A stretch of 64,000 bases of DNA from the NCBI GenBank assembly GCA_037447605.1, contig CM074804.1, positions 3,201,909 through 3,265,908 on the forward strand, read 5' to 3'. This DNA is from Zygnema circumcarinatum SAG 698-1b. Lineage: Eukaryota; Plantae; Zygnematophyceae. The position numbers and the translations under genes are program-made. The notes under the pieces are model-generated. The model was not told the origin of the DNA and searched no databases. It worked only from the letters and a program-made list of their open reading frames with translations. Shown here piece by piece: positions 1 to 13,900 of the stretch (positions are counted from its first letter, which is position 1; every line of letters starts with the position of its first letter).

Positions 1-425
1 TGCTGACATAACCTGGCTGCCACTACTGACTTGTTTTTCACGTCCTTTTTTTTTAAACATGTGAGCTCAAACCATGTAACTTTGTGCACAAAAGGTTAAA
101 GTTCCCAGGCTTGAACGAGGAGTTTATTGTAGCTCAACATGAGAACTCCTTTGATCAATTTTCATCCATTGTCATTCACCCAAACTTTGCTTCTAGGAGA
201 GTAGCACATCCCCCATCAAGTTCCTCGAAAAACCTGGAACCTATATGATTTGCATTCATCTCTCCCCACACAAATCCTCACCATAATATTCCTTATGAAC
301 GTGCTTGTTTATGGATGCATCAGACAAAAAATCAACGTCCCAATGGCGTAGGCAATCGGGTGGGTCGAACGCAGTTTGCAATCATCGAATTCCCAAAGCA
401 ACATAGTAAGGCAAGCATTGATTGC

Positions 426-1025
426 TCAAATTATTGCCTTCCAGAGTGAAAACTGCAAGTACTGCCAAACGACAAGCCTTTGTAAAGGCACAACATGACA
501 GAAGCGTGCCACGAAAGTACTCACCGGACCAAAGTTCTTGGAGTCGCAACTGAGATGGACATTGTCGCCTTCTACCCAGCAGTGGCCCCGAGGCACCTGA
601 GCGATTTCATGGGAGCCGGGAACAGTCACCCAGTCTCCTGGCAGGGCGATCAGCCGCTTCACCAGACAAACATTCGGCTCCTCTGGAGATCTGCAGCCCG
701 CGACTTCCCATGAAAACGGCTGGTTAAACGTCAGAATCATCCAAGGCCTTAAGGAGATGGAAAGTGATTGTGCGCCAAACAATTAACGCGAAGATTTTTA
801 CCTTAGAATGACTACATCGCCTCGTTTGAACATATAATATCTAGCGCTCAGCTTGTCTAAGAGCACTCGGTCTGAGAGCAGGAAACCGTCCGGATTCAGG
901 GTAGGCTGCATGGAACGCCCCTCCACTCCACACATGCTTGCTACGCTGTCTGTGAAGGTCAGGGCTACCGGCGTGAGCAAAAGCGTCTTCTTTGCAACTT
1001 GCCATAGCCAATTCGCAAAAGTCAT
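426..1025 (-). CDS. IMP2: Mitochondrial inner membrane peptidase subunit 2-like (peptidase S26); last exon not resolved, possibly left of the window
   Basis: Exon ~1025-801 encodes LWQVAKK...VEGRSMQPTLNP (catalytic Ser) and RGDVVILR. A GT-AG intron follows. Exon ~691-524 encodes SPEEPNVCLVKRLIALPGDW (catalytic Lys) and GHCWVEGDN...DSKNFGP. The start coordinate given is the read-through ORF stop, not a confirmed gene end. Confidence 0.9.
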
Positions 1026-1427
1026 CCGCTCAGATGCCGCGCTATGCAGGGTCCAGAGCTGCTCTCGGACGGTGGAAAAAGGCGGGAGGCGCAGGCATGA
1101 GGGCGCATGCCCTGCAGAAAAGCCACTCCTTACAGAAAGACAAACCCCTCCAAAAATAGTCGAGGTTCCTGGGACCCTTGATCAAGGTAAGAATCTCACT
1201 CTCTGGAGGGTGACGCTCAGTCAGCCTTGACGAGCGGAGCGACGGAGCTAGAACCTCCCAACTTCACAGCCTCCCTGGCAGCCATGGACGAGCTTAGGGC
1301 TGTTTCTGCTTCACGGGCCGTACGGTACTCATCCGTACTGGAGCGTACTCTACCGTACAGAATCAGTTCGCAAACCAGAAACCCGGTTTGCAGCGCTCCT
1401 CGACTTGGGAGCGGAGGAAAAAGTACA

Positions 1428-1606
1428 AAACCCTACAATTCGATCTTGGGCCCAACAAAAAAAAGAAAAAAGCGTGCGCTCCTCTCCACCGTCCGATCGA
1501 CCCATTTTTTAAGCCCTAGATCGACGGTTGAGAGACGGCGGCCTCCAGTACTAGCGCCCAGCAGAAGCTTCAGTTTTTCTCTTTGGCTGCCTCTCCAGTT
1601 AGGGTT
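1428..1606. promoter_or_regulatory. Telobox and site II elements in the IMP2/RPS2 bidirectional promoter
   Basis: AAACCCTA at 1428-1435, palindromic TTGGGCCCAA (site II on both strands) at 1446-1455, TAGGGTT at 1600-1606. Telobox plus site II is the established combination in plant ribosomal-protein promoters. Confidence 0.6.
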
Positions 1607-1611
1607 CCGCC

Positions 1612-2872
1612 ATGGCTGACAGAGGAGGCGAGCGTGGCGGCTTCGGGAGGGGCTTTGGGCGCGGAGATAGAGGGAGAGGAGACAGGAGGGGCGACCGCGG
1701 GAGAGGGAGGAGGGGCCCTAAGAAGGAGGAGAAGGAGGAGTGGGTTCCTGTTACGAAACTTGGACGTTTGGTGAAGGATGGGAGGATCAAGTCTTTGGAG
1801 CACATCTACCTCTACTCGCTCCCTATCAAGGAACATCAGATAGTGGAGTTTTTCTTGCCTACCTTGAAGGATGAGGTGATGAAGATCATGCCTGTGCAGA
1901 AGCAGACACGTGCAGGGCAGAGGACCCGGTTCAAGGCCTTCGTTGTCGTAGGAGACAGCAACGGCCATATTGGATTGGGCGTGAAGTGCTCGAAGGAAGT
2001 CGCCACTGCTATTCGTGGAGCCATCATTCTCGCGAAGCTGTCGGTTATCCCTGTTCGCCGTGGATATTGGGGAAACAAGATTGGCAAACCTCATACGGTG
2101 CCAACAAAGGTTACCGGAAAGTGCGGCTCCGTCACTGTGCGCCTCGTACCCGCCCCTCGAGGGTCAGGAATTGTGGCGGCTCGCGTTCCAAAGAAGGTTT
2201 TGCAGTTTGCGGGCATTGAGGATGTCTTCACATCCTCCCGAGGCTCGACCAAGACTCTTGGTAACTTCGTGAAGGTGGGAGTCTGCCCTGCCACTGCTCC
2301 ATGTCTCCATGCACAATTCTCCCTGAACCCTTCTTGATTTTGAAACCTTGAATCACTCCTTCGATTTTGGCATCGTAAGTCTCTGTTCCAGTGGTGCTCG
2401 TTTTGTGTACGAGACCTAGTTTGTCCTTACAATTTCAATTTGAGAGTACTTTTGGAGGCATTTTTCCGTCCCAACATTGCTGTCTTCACACACTATTCAA
2501 GAGCGTCAGAACTTATTAAATTGGATAGGCTGGTAATCTATCACGTGAAGGGAAGGAGCCGTAATATCGGCAGTACAATGCTCCTATTATTACTGACGAG
2601 GAGTATGCCATAGGCTATTGCGAAGGATTAGACAGATGAAGAAGGTCATGCAGCTCAATTTTCACGTCACTTTCGTCGTCATTAATTTGCATTTATGCTT
2701 TGAGGTGCTGCAGGCAACCTTCCAGTGCCTTCTTAACACTTACGGCTTCCTCACTCCTGATCTGTGGCGCGAGACCAAGTTTGAGAGGACACCATTCCAG
2801 GAGTTCACTGACTTCCTCGGAAAGCCCCACAAGCTCAACCTGGCCCCACAAGAAGAGGTTCCACCCGTATAG
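1612..2872 (+). CDS. RPS2: 40S ribosomal protein S2 (uS5), 2 exons (1612-2274, 2714-2872)
   Basis: RGG-rich N-terminus, [28 protein letters not shown] and [16 protein letters not shown] intron (2275-2713) joins in frame to [18 protein letters not shown]. Confidence 0.98.
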
Positions 2873-4548
2873 GGCTAAGACTGATATGTCAAACGAGGCA
2901 GTAATTGCCAGCTCAGGGGGATGAGGGATCCATTTACTGCCCAGGAAGCCTTGTGAATTCTCTGTTTGAAGTCAATCCTTCGGTTTTGCTGTCCTTGGTT
3001 TCAGTATGCGTATATGTGATGTCGATTTCGATGAAGCACTTTCTGTGTCAAGATGTTGCGCTTTTTCCTATGTATTTGTTTCACAACCTGGAAATATGGC
3101 ACGAATGAAGGTAGCACGTAATGCTGACAGATGTGCGGAGTATGTTTTGAAACTGACGTACTCGTAGCCCCAACTGGACGCATAGGAAATTTTCGAGGCC
3201 AAGAGGAGTAAAGGAAGGCCAGTGGTTGCGGGTGTACAAGCTGTTCTCCTTTTGTGGAGAAAAGCGAGTATAAGCATATCACTAAGTCAAATGCACAAGC
3301 AATTGATCTTTTTGCGGGGATAGGTTACGACAGTGTGTTCGGAAGGAGCTCATGTCAAGCCCACGTTTAGCTCTCCTTTGTTTTGCAAGGGGCGTTTCTA
3401 GCATAGTGGACTCCGCTTCATGCCTACGCCTACAGGGCTTCACTGACCTGACACCCGCGCATGATGGAGTTGTTTTGAATAAACCCATATAAACCACACA
3501 TACTGTACTTAAAGTACTTGTGTGTTGCATGTAATGTATATATACATATAATTTGCTTATAACTTTTTATTCCAAACGTTATTGATTTTTTGTCAATATG
3601 CGGCGATCATAACTCAGTAATTAATGCTCGCGTTTTCCTTTGGAGCAGGCTCTTCAGGGGTTCTATTATTAAATGTCTCCATTAGTTTGATTCTAAGTCT
3701 GAACATAATGGCTTCCTATCGGTAAAAGTCAGAGCTAGGAATCATAGCCTGTGATATTGGTGCCTGTGAGCTGTGTGCTTCTCACACGCTTTTACGCGCG
3801 AACATGGGCCTTCCTCCAGAGGTCTCAGGGTTGCTGGTGTGCCCACGTAGACAGGCAACCAACAGCCGGTTTGAAGCTGGTTGGTGGTTCCAGAGGAAGA
3901 AAATGCGTGAGCGTATGTCAAGTGTAGCTTTACAATCTCATGTCCTTCACAACGCATCTTTTGAACCTAGAAAATCGGCGAGGTCAAGGGGTAAGGAGGA
4001 TCTTCGTTCGCGTTTGGACTTCCGAGCAAAACTTTTGGGCCCATTATAAAGGAACGTCAGAAGCTCAAACGCTGCTTGATTCCCATTGCCAGAGCCTCTT
4101 GGATAGTACACTTCTCCGTATTGAAGTTCCATACGAAAGAAGAAACAAACAAAGTCTAAGAAACAAAGTCTACCTCGCGCACTTCGCCGATGAGATTAAC
4201 AGCCACCATCCTTTGTGGAGGCCTATCCGCCACAGCAAAGGCCTCTACGGGTCAAGTATGGGCTAGAACAGCAAAGCGTTACATAAATAGAAAAGGATCA
4301 TGTCTATTCCCACTTCCTCAAAGAATCAAGGATCAGGGGAAAAATGGGCCCACAATACTTGTACTTCCTCCTATCCAACCTTGCATCCAAGTGTCCTCGT
4401 CTTTCTTCTTTCTTTTTTTCTTTCTCCATGCCAGCTCCTCGACTTGATTTTCAGATTCCACTCAAAAAGTACGAGTCATGGTATGGAGCCCACTGACAAG
4501 GTCAACTGAGTGAGTCGATGAAACAGCGCTTACGAACCTGTGTGTATT

Positions 4549-7500
4549 TTACGCCTCCCTCACGTGCACAAAAGTGCTGCCTTTATTCCCCCGGCTAATC
4601 CGGACAGTGTCATCCAAATATCTGCAAAATATACAAGCACAGGTCAACATTCAATTTGGCCTCAAATCTCTAGGTGGCGTGCAAACAAATGCCACAGAAG
4701 TACCTATACGAAAAAGCAACCTTTTTGGGTAGAGGGTCCGGACTACGGGAAGAAGAGGAACGTTCCGCGAGCTCAACCACATAAAGCAGGAAATGCGATA
4801 AAAAAAAAATGTGTATGGCTGACTTGTTTTATGTTCTACAAATTCAAATTTTAAACAACGAATGATTGAATGGTCATGTTGATTCCTGTTCTAGTCATTT
4901 CGGTCAAAAGGGGAAAACGTACAGCTGTTCGATCCAGCCCTCCCCACGGATGCTCAGAGGTATTTTCAGGGCCCCCAGCTCCAATGATGCTGTGTTGATT
5001 TGCACCTCCGTTCGAACGCCAGACACAACCCTGCCTTGAGAGGGATGGCGACGCCCAATATTGTGAGCAGAAAAGCATTAAACCACAATGCAATGACTCA
5101 AATAACTGATTACTTCTGCAGCCCAACAAGGCTCAGTTTCAATCAGTCGGAGACAATGATTGAGAAGGCTGAACGAAGAAACGTACTTTGTGTCAGCTCC
5201 TGCTCTCAAACGAAGTCCGGGCAGCAGTTGCACGAGATTCTCCAACCGGTGGGCATCTTGTTGAATGATCTGCACGGAGGCGCGAGTGGCTGTCAACACC
5301 TGCAAGGCGTAAGCTCCCTCGGCTTAGACCAGCAAGAGAAGTCCACTATTACCTGCCAATTTGTGGAAATACCAGCGGTGAGCTGCTGCACCCTGTTAGC
5401 GTCACTGGCCTGCACGCAAGAGAGGAGGGAGAGTTAGACGCAATGACTACCTTTGAAGAGAACTACGAGCTAAAAACGAAGGAGACATTTTTTGCAGCAA
5501 GTGGGGAAGGTTGCAGTGGGTGTGAGGGTGAGTGGAGGAGGAAAACAAGGAGGATCCAGTCCTTCAGGGGCTGACAGAACCTCTCTAGAGGGATGCAGCT
5601 TCACAGATTTAAGGTTCAGAAAGCATGACATCGCACCTGGGAGCTCCAAATGAGGCGCCATTTTCCATCTAACATAGAAGACTCAGCCGGAGAAGCTGTA
5701 GGATTAAGAGAAATCAGCTCGTCGACCGCCTGTTAGGAAAAACCAATACAAGGGCCACATTAAACGTTATCCAGTGCCTTTGAAGGGCTCCTTGGGCTCT
5801 TTCGGACTTTTGTAAAATGAGATGCCATTGTAGTTTGAAAGATGGAAATGTAATGCTTAAGAGTTTCGGAGCCTAAAAGGATTCAGCCGCTGATTGGTAC
5901 TTCAGATTGGCCCAGAACATACCTCCTGAACCTTCCTTTTTGAAGTTATGGCAAGCAAGAGTCTCTGCCGAGGCTCGGGGTTTTTTTGCAGTATAAAAGT
6001 GGTGCCCTGAAGGAGCAAGGAGGGAAATGAGGGATAAGACCTCCATCCAAACCTCAGAAATAAGATCAGCAATGTGTAGGCCAAAAGATTCATGCGAACC
6101 ATGTCTGCAGGAGAATAAAGGGGTGACCTTATTGCCACGAGAAATGCGAAGATCACCGGTTGGGGACAAGTAAGTGGTGTCTAACCATCCCTTAGCCTCA
6201 TCTCCTAGCAGCCGGAAAGGCACCGGATACGGTACACGGTATGGCCAGAACTTGAGATCAAATGCAGCGCGATCGAAACAGAAATTGATGCGTTTTCCGT
6301 TTGTGATAGATGCAGCCGCCTGCCCTGCGCAGTGGCAAATCCTCTGTAAGGCTAACTTGCAGTATCAATTCAATTAAAACTCGAGCAAAAAGGATGACTC
6401 GACAGTAGGGCAAGCATAGAGCTGATGAACTTCAAACGGTTCATCGTGCAATCTATCAGAAATCGTTTCTGCTAATCTTGGTGACCCGTCTTCTATTTCA
6501 TGATAGTGGGGAAACCTAGATCCCGAAACGCTCAAGTAAACATCACCTTAATCACACTCGTGTTACAACATTGAACTTAAAAACGCATATAGATCACAAA
6601 ACCAATGTTTTTTCCATGAAAAAATCCATGAAAAAAGCATACCTACACATTTGAAACAATCAACCCACTTTCTCCTAGCTGTCGAACCCAGTGCTTCTTT
6701 AAAAAAATATATATAATGGGCACTTTGCAACTCACTACCGAATCTCCCTCCATTTCCCGTCACCAAACTTCTGAAACTACATTTATGGATATTAACAACA
6801 AGCAAGGTAGTTAGTTTCTTCACTCAAAGGTCAATGCCCCTTGTGCTAGCTTTTATCAACCTGTTATCCAGCTTGTCAAGCAAATCCCTCAGGCAGTTTC
6901 TACAACTTTTGAACTTGAGAACTGTATATGCTCCAATTCTCAACATAGACTTTTGGATTTCCAAATTTATCTAGGCTCCACCTCACTGTCATTCTTCAGC
7001 AGATATTTTCGAACTCCGCTTGCCACCTTGGACGCCAAAATCATTCCAAAAACGTTCCTCAGTCACCGAGCAATTTCACCATTCTTTCTCGTATACCCAG
7101 TTTCCAACTAAATAAAATCATGCTGGCAGTTACTACCTTGTTTTGTTTCTTTCTTTCCCTTTTCCGTTCGCAAAAAGAAAAGAACTACGCTTTTTCGGAT
7201 CTAAGAAAAAAAGCTTTCGATTATCTCGCTCTTCTAATACGTTGACCGTTAAACAGATCTCTTTCAAGGCCGAATTAATGTAAAAAAAAAGAGTAACTAA
7301 GCTAAAATTACTCGCATTAAAAAAATATATTACGGTGTGAATATTGGTCAAATATTGTTAATCTTGTTCGTGAGAATTGAAGCCTATGAATAAAGAATAG
7401 ACTAAAACCACCCCACTGCTCTAACAAACGAACGTTTCTCTGCCTTCACGTACTTTCAAGCTGGTGGTTTCTCATACGCAGATTTCAAAGAGTGAAACTT

Positions 7501-8451
7501 GGTCACTGCTAAATAGATTTCCTCACCTCCACTTTAAGCCGTCCAAACTTTTCCGAAAACTCGACAATATTGTTCACCCTCGGGTCGTCTGTGCCGCGCA
7601 ACTTAATTTCTTGAAACACGGAGAAAGCATCCACGCCAACAAAAGTGCGCTGTCCCACATGCCACCCAAATGCAGATTTAGAGTGAATCGTTTTCTGATG
7701 TGCAGGCAGATCAGTTCCTAAACGATAGCTGTTCCTCTGAAACTGCAGCATTCGCAGAAGTATAAGGAGGCGATGGGAAACGACAAGAATTAATCACCTG
7801 AATAGGGGACGCTGTTCCTGGCCGAGTGGTGTACATGAGCTGCCACCTCCCCTCGATGAGCTCTGATTCGGTCTGCTCATCCCACATCCCGAATGCTTGT
7901 CATTGCTATCTCCGCTATTCCAAAACTATACTCAGCAGTGGAACTGCTTAAAAAAACTGGCAACGTACCGGCTCTGCAATCCCTCCTTCCGCTTCCAAGA
8001 CACCCACAGCCTGCGCCACTTCCTGGAGATCGCTCGATCAACCCCCCTTGACAAACACGAATTAGAGCATGTCCCATTTCCTCCATTCATTCTAGCAAAG
8101 AAAATGCAGGCTTTACGTTTGCACGTTCTGCACTTTACTCACAGTGCTTGCAAGCAGCACGTCTGCGCATTCTGCAGCCGGCAAATATCCTCCATTCCAA
8201 AAATTGCTCACCTTCTTCTGCTGTTCTGAAGCAGCTCGGCCCCTCCCTCCGACTCCACTGATGGCGTTCAGCAGCTTCTCCTTTGTCGCCTCCACATCTG
8301 TAGCTAAAGCAGCACGTGCTGTTACGGCCATCCTAACGCCATGGCTCTTTCTTAAGCTGAACCTAACGATCAAAGCTGCAGAGCGGCTCCCGTTCAGCTG
8401 CAGCGCAGCAGGCGCCTGCAGAGGCAGGAGCTGCTGCACCCTCGTCGCCAT
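4549..8451 (-). CDS. FBN12: Plastid lipid-associated protein / fibrillin with two PAP_fibrillin domains (FBN12/PAP12-like), multi-exon
   Basis: Transit-peptide-like MATRVQQLL... followed by exons encoding GRWQLMYTTRPGTASPIQ, RTFVGVDAFSVFQEI, PYPVPFRLLGDEAKGWLDTTYLSPTGDLRISRGNK, GTTFILQK, and a terminal YLDDTVRISRGNKGSTFVHVREA* (stop 4549-4551). Confidence 0.88.
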
Positions 8452-8754
8452 GGCGCGCCCTCGCCTGCCCCCGCGTCTCCCGCTGCAAGGCGTCGCCTGC
8501 ACAGGACACCCTCTGCTGGCGGACGGACCCCTTTCAACTCCACTGCGACCAATACTGAAGCATATACCAATGGGGACACGCCACGTAGGCAAAATTGTAC
8601 ACGCGGGCGAGTCGCCATTGGCCCATGCTCGAGATGAAGGTCGCAGTGGAGACAGGCGCCAAGGGAAAGCCGCGCTCACCCTCTGCTCTCGCTCGCTCGC
8701 TCCCTCGCTCCCCTGCGGGACCTTGTGCAGAAGCAACTGCACGGGGCGGCCGCC

Positions 8755-10324
8755 ATGGCGAGTGAGAGGCAGCTGGATCTCATGCTCGCAGGGGAGTTTT
8801 ACAACAGTTGGTGCGTCCCGCGGTTTTTTTCCTTCTCCGTCTCTGAAGCAAAATTTAGGAAATGTTTGCAAGGTCGAGGGCATCCATTCTTATGCTGGAT
8901 GAGCGAGGCATCTGTATGAAGAAGGGAAACGGGCTTGCAGGGACCCGGAGCTGGTGCATATGCGTGAGCACGCATTAGCACTGGCAGCGAATTTTAATGC
9001 AGAAAGTCAGAGAGAGAAGCGAGAGGAGCTCCTGAGGCAGCTTCTTGGCCGAGTGGGCAAAAATCCCTACGTCACTCCGCCCTTCAACTGCGATTATGGC
9101 TGCTTCATTTCTGCAGGTACCATCTGGGACGGCTTTTGTTTCTTCAACCTATCTGCTCTGCCTACTTTGGCAGAAGTGTACGGGGTTCACTGAAATTGTG
9201 TTTCTCTTGAATTTGTAGCTAGTATCCAGTGTTTACTAAAATTATAAACAATGCAGCATTGCACTTGCAATTCAAAACGTAAAACACTTCAAAATTTAGG
9301 CATTCGAATTCATGCAGTTAGCAGTCTTACCCGCCCCAATCTGGAGGGTTGCAGCTTTAAGCAGGGAAAATTAAGAGTGATGAATCGCCGGTTCGCGGTC
9401 TTTGGGGGTGACATGCTCAAGATAAATGGAAAGTTTGTCATTCAGAGAAAATGATGTGGCATTGATCTCTGGCGTTCACTTCACCACTTGTGAAGACACC
9501 AATGACTGGCATTGGTCGCACGATGGCGGCGCCATTCTATGTACAGAAAAAAGAGCCACTACGAAGAACCAACGTCAACTGACCAAAAAAATAATATTTG
9601 TGAAGAGGAGTTTATAAGAGTTTGATGGTGGCAAAGTGCAGACCTGCTAAACACAAGCTTGAACATTGCTAAGTACTGGGTGCCATTCTCCGCATATGAG
9701 ACACTGACCTGCCATTCTTAGGTCCTCGATAAAAAAAGAATATGAGTTGTATAGAGAGTCGCTCCCTGAAGATGCGTTCTGACGGCACCAATCCTTGTGC
9801 TCTTTCTCATACAAGGCGACAATTTGTACATCAATTTTGGATGCGTTATCCTCGACTGCAACAGCGTTACGATTGGTGACGATGTCAAGTTTGGACCAAA
9901 TGTACACCTTTACGCTGCAGAGCATCCTACGGACCCTGAGACTCGGCGCAGCGGGAAAGAGATGTCCAGGAAAGTGGACTTCTTCTAACACTCAGAGAGC
10001 AGTCGGTCTTAGAGCAAGATGTCCCGCTTAATGTTGTAGGCGGATATTTTGACGGTTACTGAGGTATCGATCTGAATTGGTTTGTCCAGGAATATCGTCA
10101 TTGGCAACAACGTGTGGCTCGGAGGCCAGGTGGTGGTCTGCCCTGGCGTCACCATAGGGGACGACACCACCATAGGGGCGGGAAGTGTGGTCACACGCAA
10201 CATTCCTCCTCGGAGCGTGGCTGCGGGGAATCCCTGTCGGGTCATTCGCACCATTCCATCAGCCGCCATGGCCGAGGATTCTCCACTTGACGACATCTTA
10301 CCATGTCGGATTCCTGGAAGATGA
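8755..10324 (+). CDS. Maltose/galactoside O-acetyltransferase-like (Mac domain plus hexapeptide left-handed beta-helix), 4 exons
   Basis: Exons encode [30 protein letters not shown]...[23 protein letters not shown]...[21 protein letters not shown] and [38 protein letters not shown]...[10 protein letters not shown]. These are the diagnostic Maa/LacA motifs. Confidence 0.9.
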
Positions 10325-10408
10325 AGTGGGGACATACGCACAAATGTTTGAATTCTTTGATTCCACAGTCATTCTCAAGAGCTTGCATGGAGGCTGGTTG
10401 GACGCAGG

Positions 10409-10496
10409 CAGCCTACAATGTTCCTTTGGTATCCATTCCTATGAAGAGGAGTCAGCCTACAATGTTCCTTTGGTATCCGTTCCTACGAAGAAGAGT
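10409..10496. repeat. 44-bp tandem duplication downstream of the acetyltransferase stop
   Basis: CAGCCTACAATGTTCCTTTGGTATCC(A/G)TTCCTA(T/C)GAAGA(G/A)GAGT at 10409-10452 and 10453-10496, with 3 mismatches. Confidence 0.9.
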
Positions 10497-10963
10497 AAAG
10501 AAAAATCTTCTACAATGAGAAATCTTGACAGTCTATATGAGAATCCCGACGCACTCAGGGTTGAAGGTTTTTAGGGTTTTCAACTTCCTCCACTATGGTC
10601 ACCAATGCCAATCAATCGGTATGTATAGTAGGGCCTCAAGCACATTCTAGCAAAAGCCATTGCCCCACACTAGGTACAAGCAGGAAATCAACATCCTTTC
10701 CTGGCTGCCAAGGTGAAGTAAGTGCTCATATTCAATTACTCTTGTGAACAAATGTTTCCTGTGAAGTAATGAAGTGGGTTAAAAAATCATTGTCCTAATA
10801 CTATGCATCTTGAAAACTTCCTGCCATTGCTGTGAAGCATTAAACATGATATAGTTGCTGCTGCCGACCTCATTGCTAGCCTTACACTCCAGAGTGGCTT
10901 CATCCACACGCCATCCATACCAAATGACTGAGTGCCAACGAGCGGGGCGGAGCAGACCCTACT

Positions 10964-13900
10964 CTAGTGTTGAAGATGCTTCCGGAAGGTAGCGAGCCGG
11001 TTATGAGTCGCCTGAAGAGCTGCATGGCAGTCCATGTAGATGCTGAACAACTCATCATAAGTATCGACAAGCTCAGGTGATGGTGTTATTCGCCTTTGTA
11101 CCCTCACCCAGTCACCTGCTCAAATGCTCCAACATTCACAGCAGACCCAACTGAAATAAGAGTGTGCTGTAGAGTAAGGCAGAAATGCACACCTTCTGGG
11201 TGGCACTCCCACTTGCCTGCAGTAGATGACGAGTGTGTGCAGAACATGGGGAGAGTACCTGAAGGAGCAAGAGATGAGTGCCAGCCAAGCCAGCGGCCTG
11301 CCAGAATAGCAGCTCCCTTAACGCCCACCTCCTGCAGAGCATACCGTTCCATTACATAGTCAGTATTGTCCGCTAACAGTTACAAAGTCAGTATCGTCCG
11401 CTAACAGTGGCAGATAGGTGCTGATAGACCTTACAAGGAGATTCGCACATCTCGGAGACGATCTTACAATAATCGGCTATAGATTAGTCAAGATTTTCTA
11501 CAGCTAAAATGCCAAGGCATCTTTAAACAAAAAATAGGAAAGCCAAACAAATTCCGGACAAATTTGATCTAATCTTGCGTTCTACCAACCTGGCTTGTCT
11601 CAGTGCATCATTTCCAACTGTGAACTTTAAGAGACTTCATAGATACACTTACGAAAAAAGGCATGCAAAGTCCAGCTAATGCAGGCACATTTGACGACGA
11701 GCTTGGCATGACCCATCTTCCGTCTACATTATTAGTCAGAATGCTGAGGGAACACACTACCTGAGCATCTGCGAGCACCTCCACATTCTGGTTGAATACA
11801 TTTGCCATGATTTCTGGCCACAGCGGAGACCTGAAGACCCTCCGTGCCAGCACAATAATGAAGAATGATCAAAGTCATTGTTTAAAATACAAGTCCCATG
11901 ATTGACGAGGGTGATCGAAAAATAAATAGACGATATTGAATAGGACATTCGTTCCAGAAATGTTTACAGGGTACGCATGGATGCGCACCTGGCTCCGCCT
12001 CCCACCATGCGCAGAGGCAGCTTATCTGACCCTATGCCAGTACCCAAACCCACTCAAAAGGGAGACATGCTCGTGCTGTGATTGAAGAAAAATAGCATTC
12101 TTACGTATGCATTGCAAATTTCAAGGTGGCCAATTGTGGTGCAGATGGCTGCAAAAAAAACCATTAAAGGAGTTTGGCTCGAAGCATGTCTGTCACTGTA
12201 CAATAAATGTCCCGATAACTGAGGACCATCTGTCGAGCTACTAAACAAACAGCATACCAGAAAGTGGTGTTGTTGCCATGGCGTCGCGGGCTGAGCGCAG
12301 AGCTAGCGCCACACCCTCCATTACCTGCAAATTCCATTTTCCCGTCATGCAATGAATTGACTTAATTAAGTTGATGTAAGCCGCTCAAAAAACATGATTG
12401 ACGAGATCGTAATGCATAAGCAACCAAGTATCTACTCACTGCTCGCAAAAGTGTCGCTTGATCGGTATTCATTGATAGCCCCATGAAGGCAGCTCGAGCA
12501 TCACCATCTTCAAAGGGGCAGCGCTCTCCTGCCAAAACGTTTCCCCTTTCGATCAGCGACTACACCTTTTTTACAACTACACTTTTTTTTTACTTGCAGG
12601 GGGCATAGGCAAAATTAAAATGCGTACCCTGAAGGAAGGGCAGGTAAAGCACTCCTAAGCTGCCCGCAGGGATGCTGCTGGCAAGCTTGTCAATGTTTCC
12701 CATCAATTGGCGCGCTGCAACAGAGAAAGCAGCAGCATTGTCAAAGTGTGTTTCTTCACAATTGGGACGTCTCAGCTTGATAAATTGAAAGGTAACTGAC
12801 CATCAGGTGTGCACTGAGTGCAGAAAAGCAGCTGAGATGCCCAAGCTAAGTTCCCACCAGCCGTCATGATAGAGCCTGCAACAGCCCCCGTCAGGAAGTT
12901 CCCAGATGTTAGCTGCAGCTGCTCAACAAACACTTTCGTGCTTCTATCCTCAGTGAAGAAATCAATGTGGCAGAAAAGAGTTGCTGACCTGTTTTGAAGA
13001 TGAGGGAGGGATCTGGATGAGCAAGAGTGAAAACTCCAGTAGGACCTCTTAGCTCCGGTAGCTTACTGCCTTCTGACTCTGTTCTCTGATATTTGCAAAA
13101 TATATTTTTTATTAGTGTCGCTCAAGTTAGTTATCTCCATCATCTGTCCGTGGCCTATTTAGACTTTGCACATTTTCACTAACAGTTAGTGCTTTCCAGT
13201 TGAAATCACTAGGGGTTACCAGTAGTCACGTCGTCACCGATGAAAACAGGGAAGGGAGGGGTGAGTTTCTTCCAAAAGCCAATAGTGCCAAAAGTGCCAA
13301 AAGTGCCAAAAGTGTGAGAAATTTTAAAATAACAAGACCATGACAGACAGACAGACCACGCAATCAACAATGATATTACCACCAAAAACAGCGCTTGAAA
13401 GGACAGACCACGCAATTGTCTTCAATGGATAAGACATCGACTCAGGTAGCATCACTACGACGAGACAATGAGCCGCTTACCTGGGTTTTTAAAGCAATGC
13501 CATTGATGTAAGAGCCCGCTACCCACCTGCATTATATGTTGCAACGTAAAGCATATGTCCATCAGTATGAATGTGCAGTGAATTTGCTCTAAGGGACGGA
13601 GTACAAAAGATATTCAACACCAATGCTCAGGAACATCTGCAGGGCGGAAAGGTGTACTCACCCGGAAGTTCCTACATATGAATACTGCGGCCCGACCACG
13701 CCAGCTCCGCACCTGCAATTGTGCCCAATCCCGCTCAGAGCAGCTGCCAACAATTTACTCTCTAAATTCTCTCTCTCTCTCTCTCCCCCCCTCTCTCACT
13801 CTCTCTCTCTCTCTCTCTCTCTACTAATTTATTCTCTTTCAACTATCTTCAAGGTTGAAACAGCACCCGAGTGTGCAGGCCCCCGCATCGCCACAGCTAT

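Noticed and set aside
3130-4450. Possible decayed LINE fragments between RPS2 and FBN12 (QAVLLLWR- and TKDGG-like snippets; 108-aa ORF 3940-4266)
   Set aside because: Only a few residues resemble LINE motifs, frames are broken, and there is no RT core motif, poly(A) or TSD.
6330-7500. Long AT-rich FBN12 intron as a TE insertion
   Set aside because: I could identify no terminal repeats, TSD or recognisable coding remnant.
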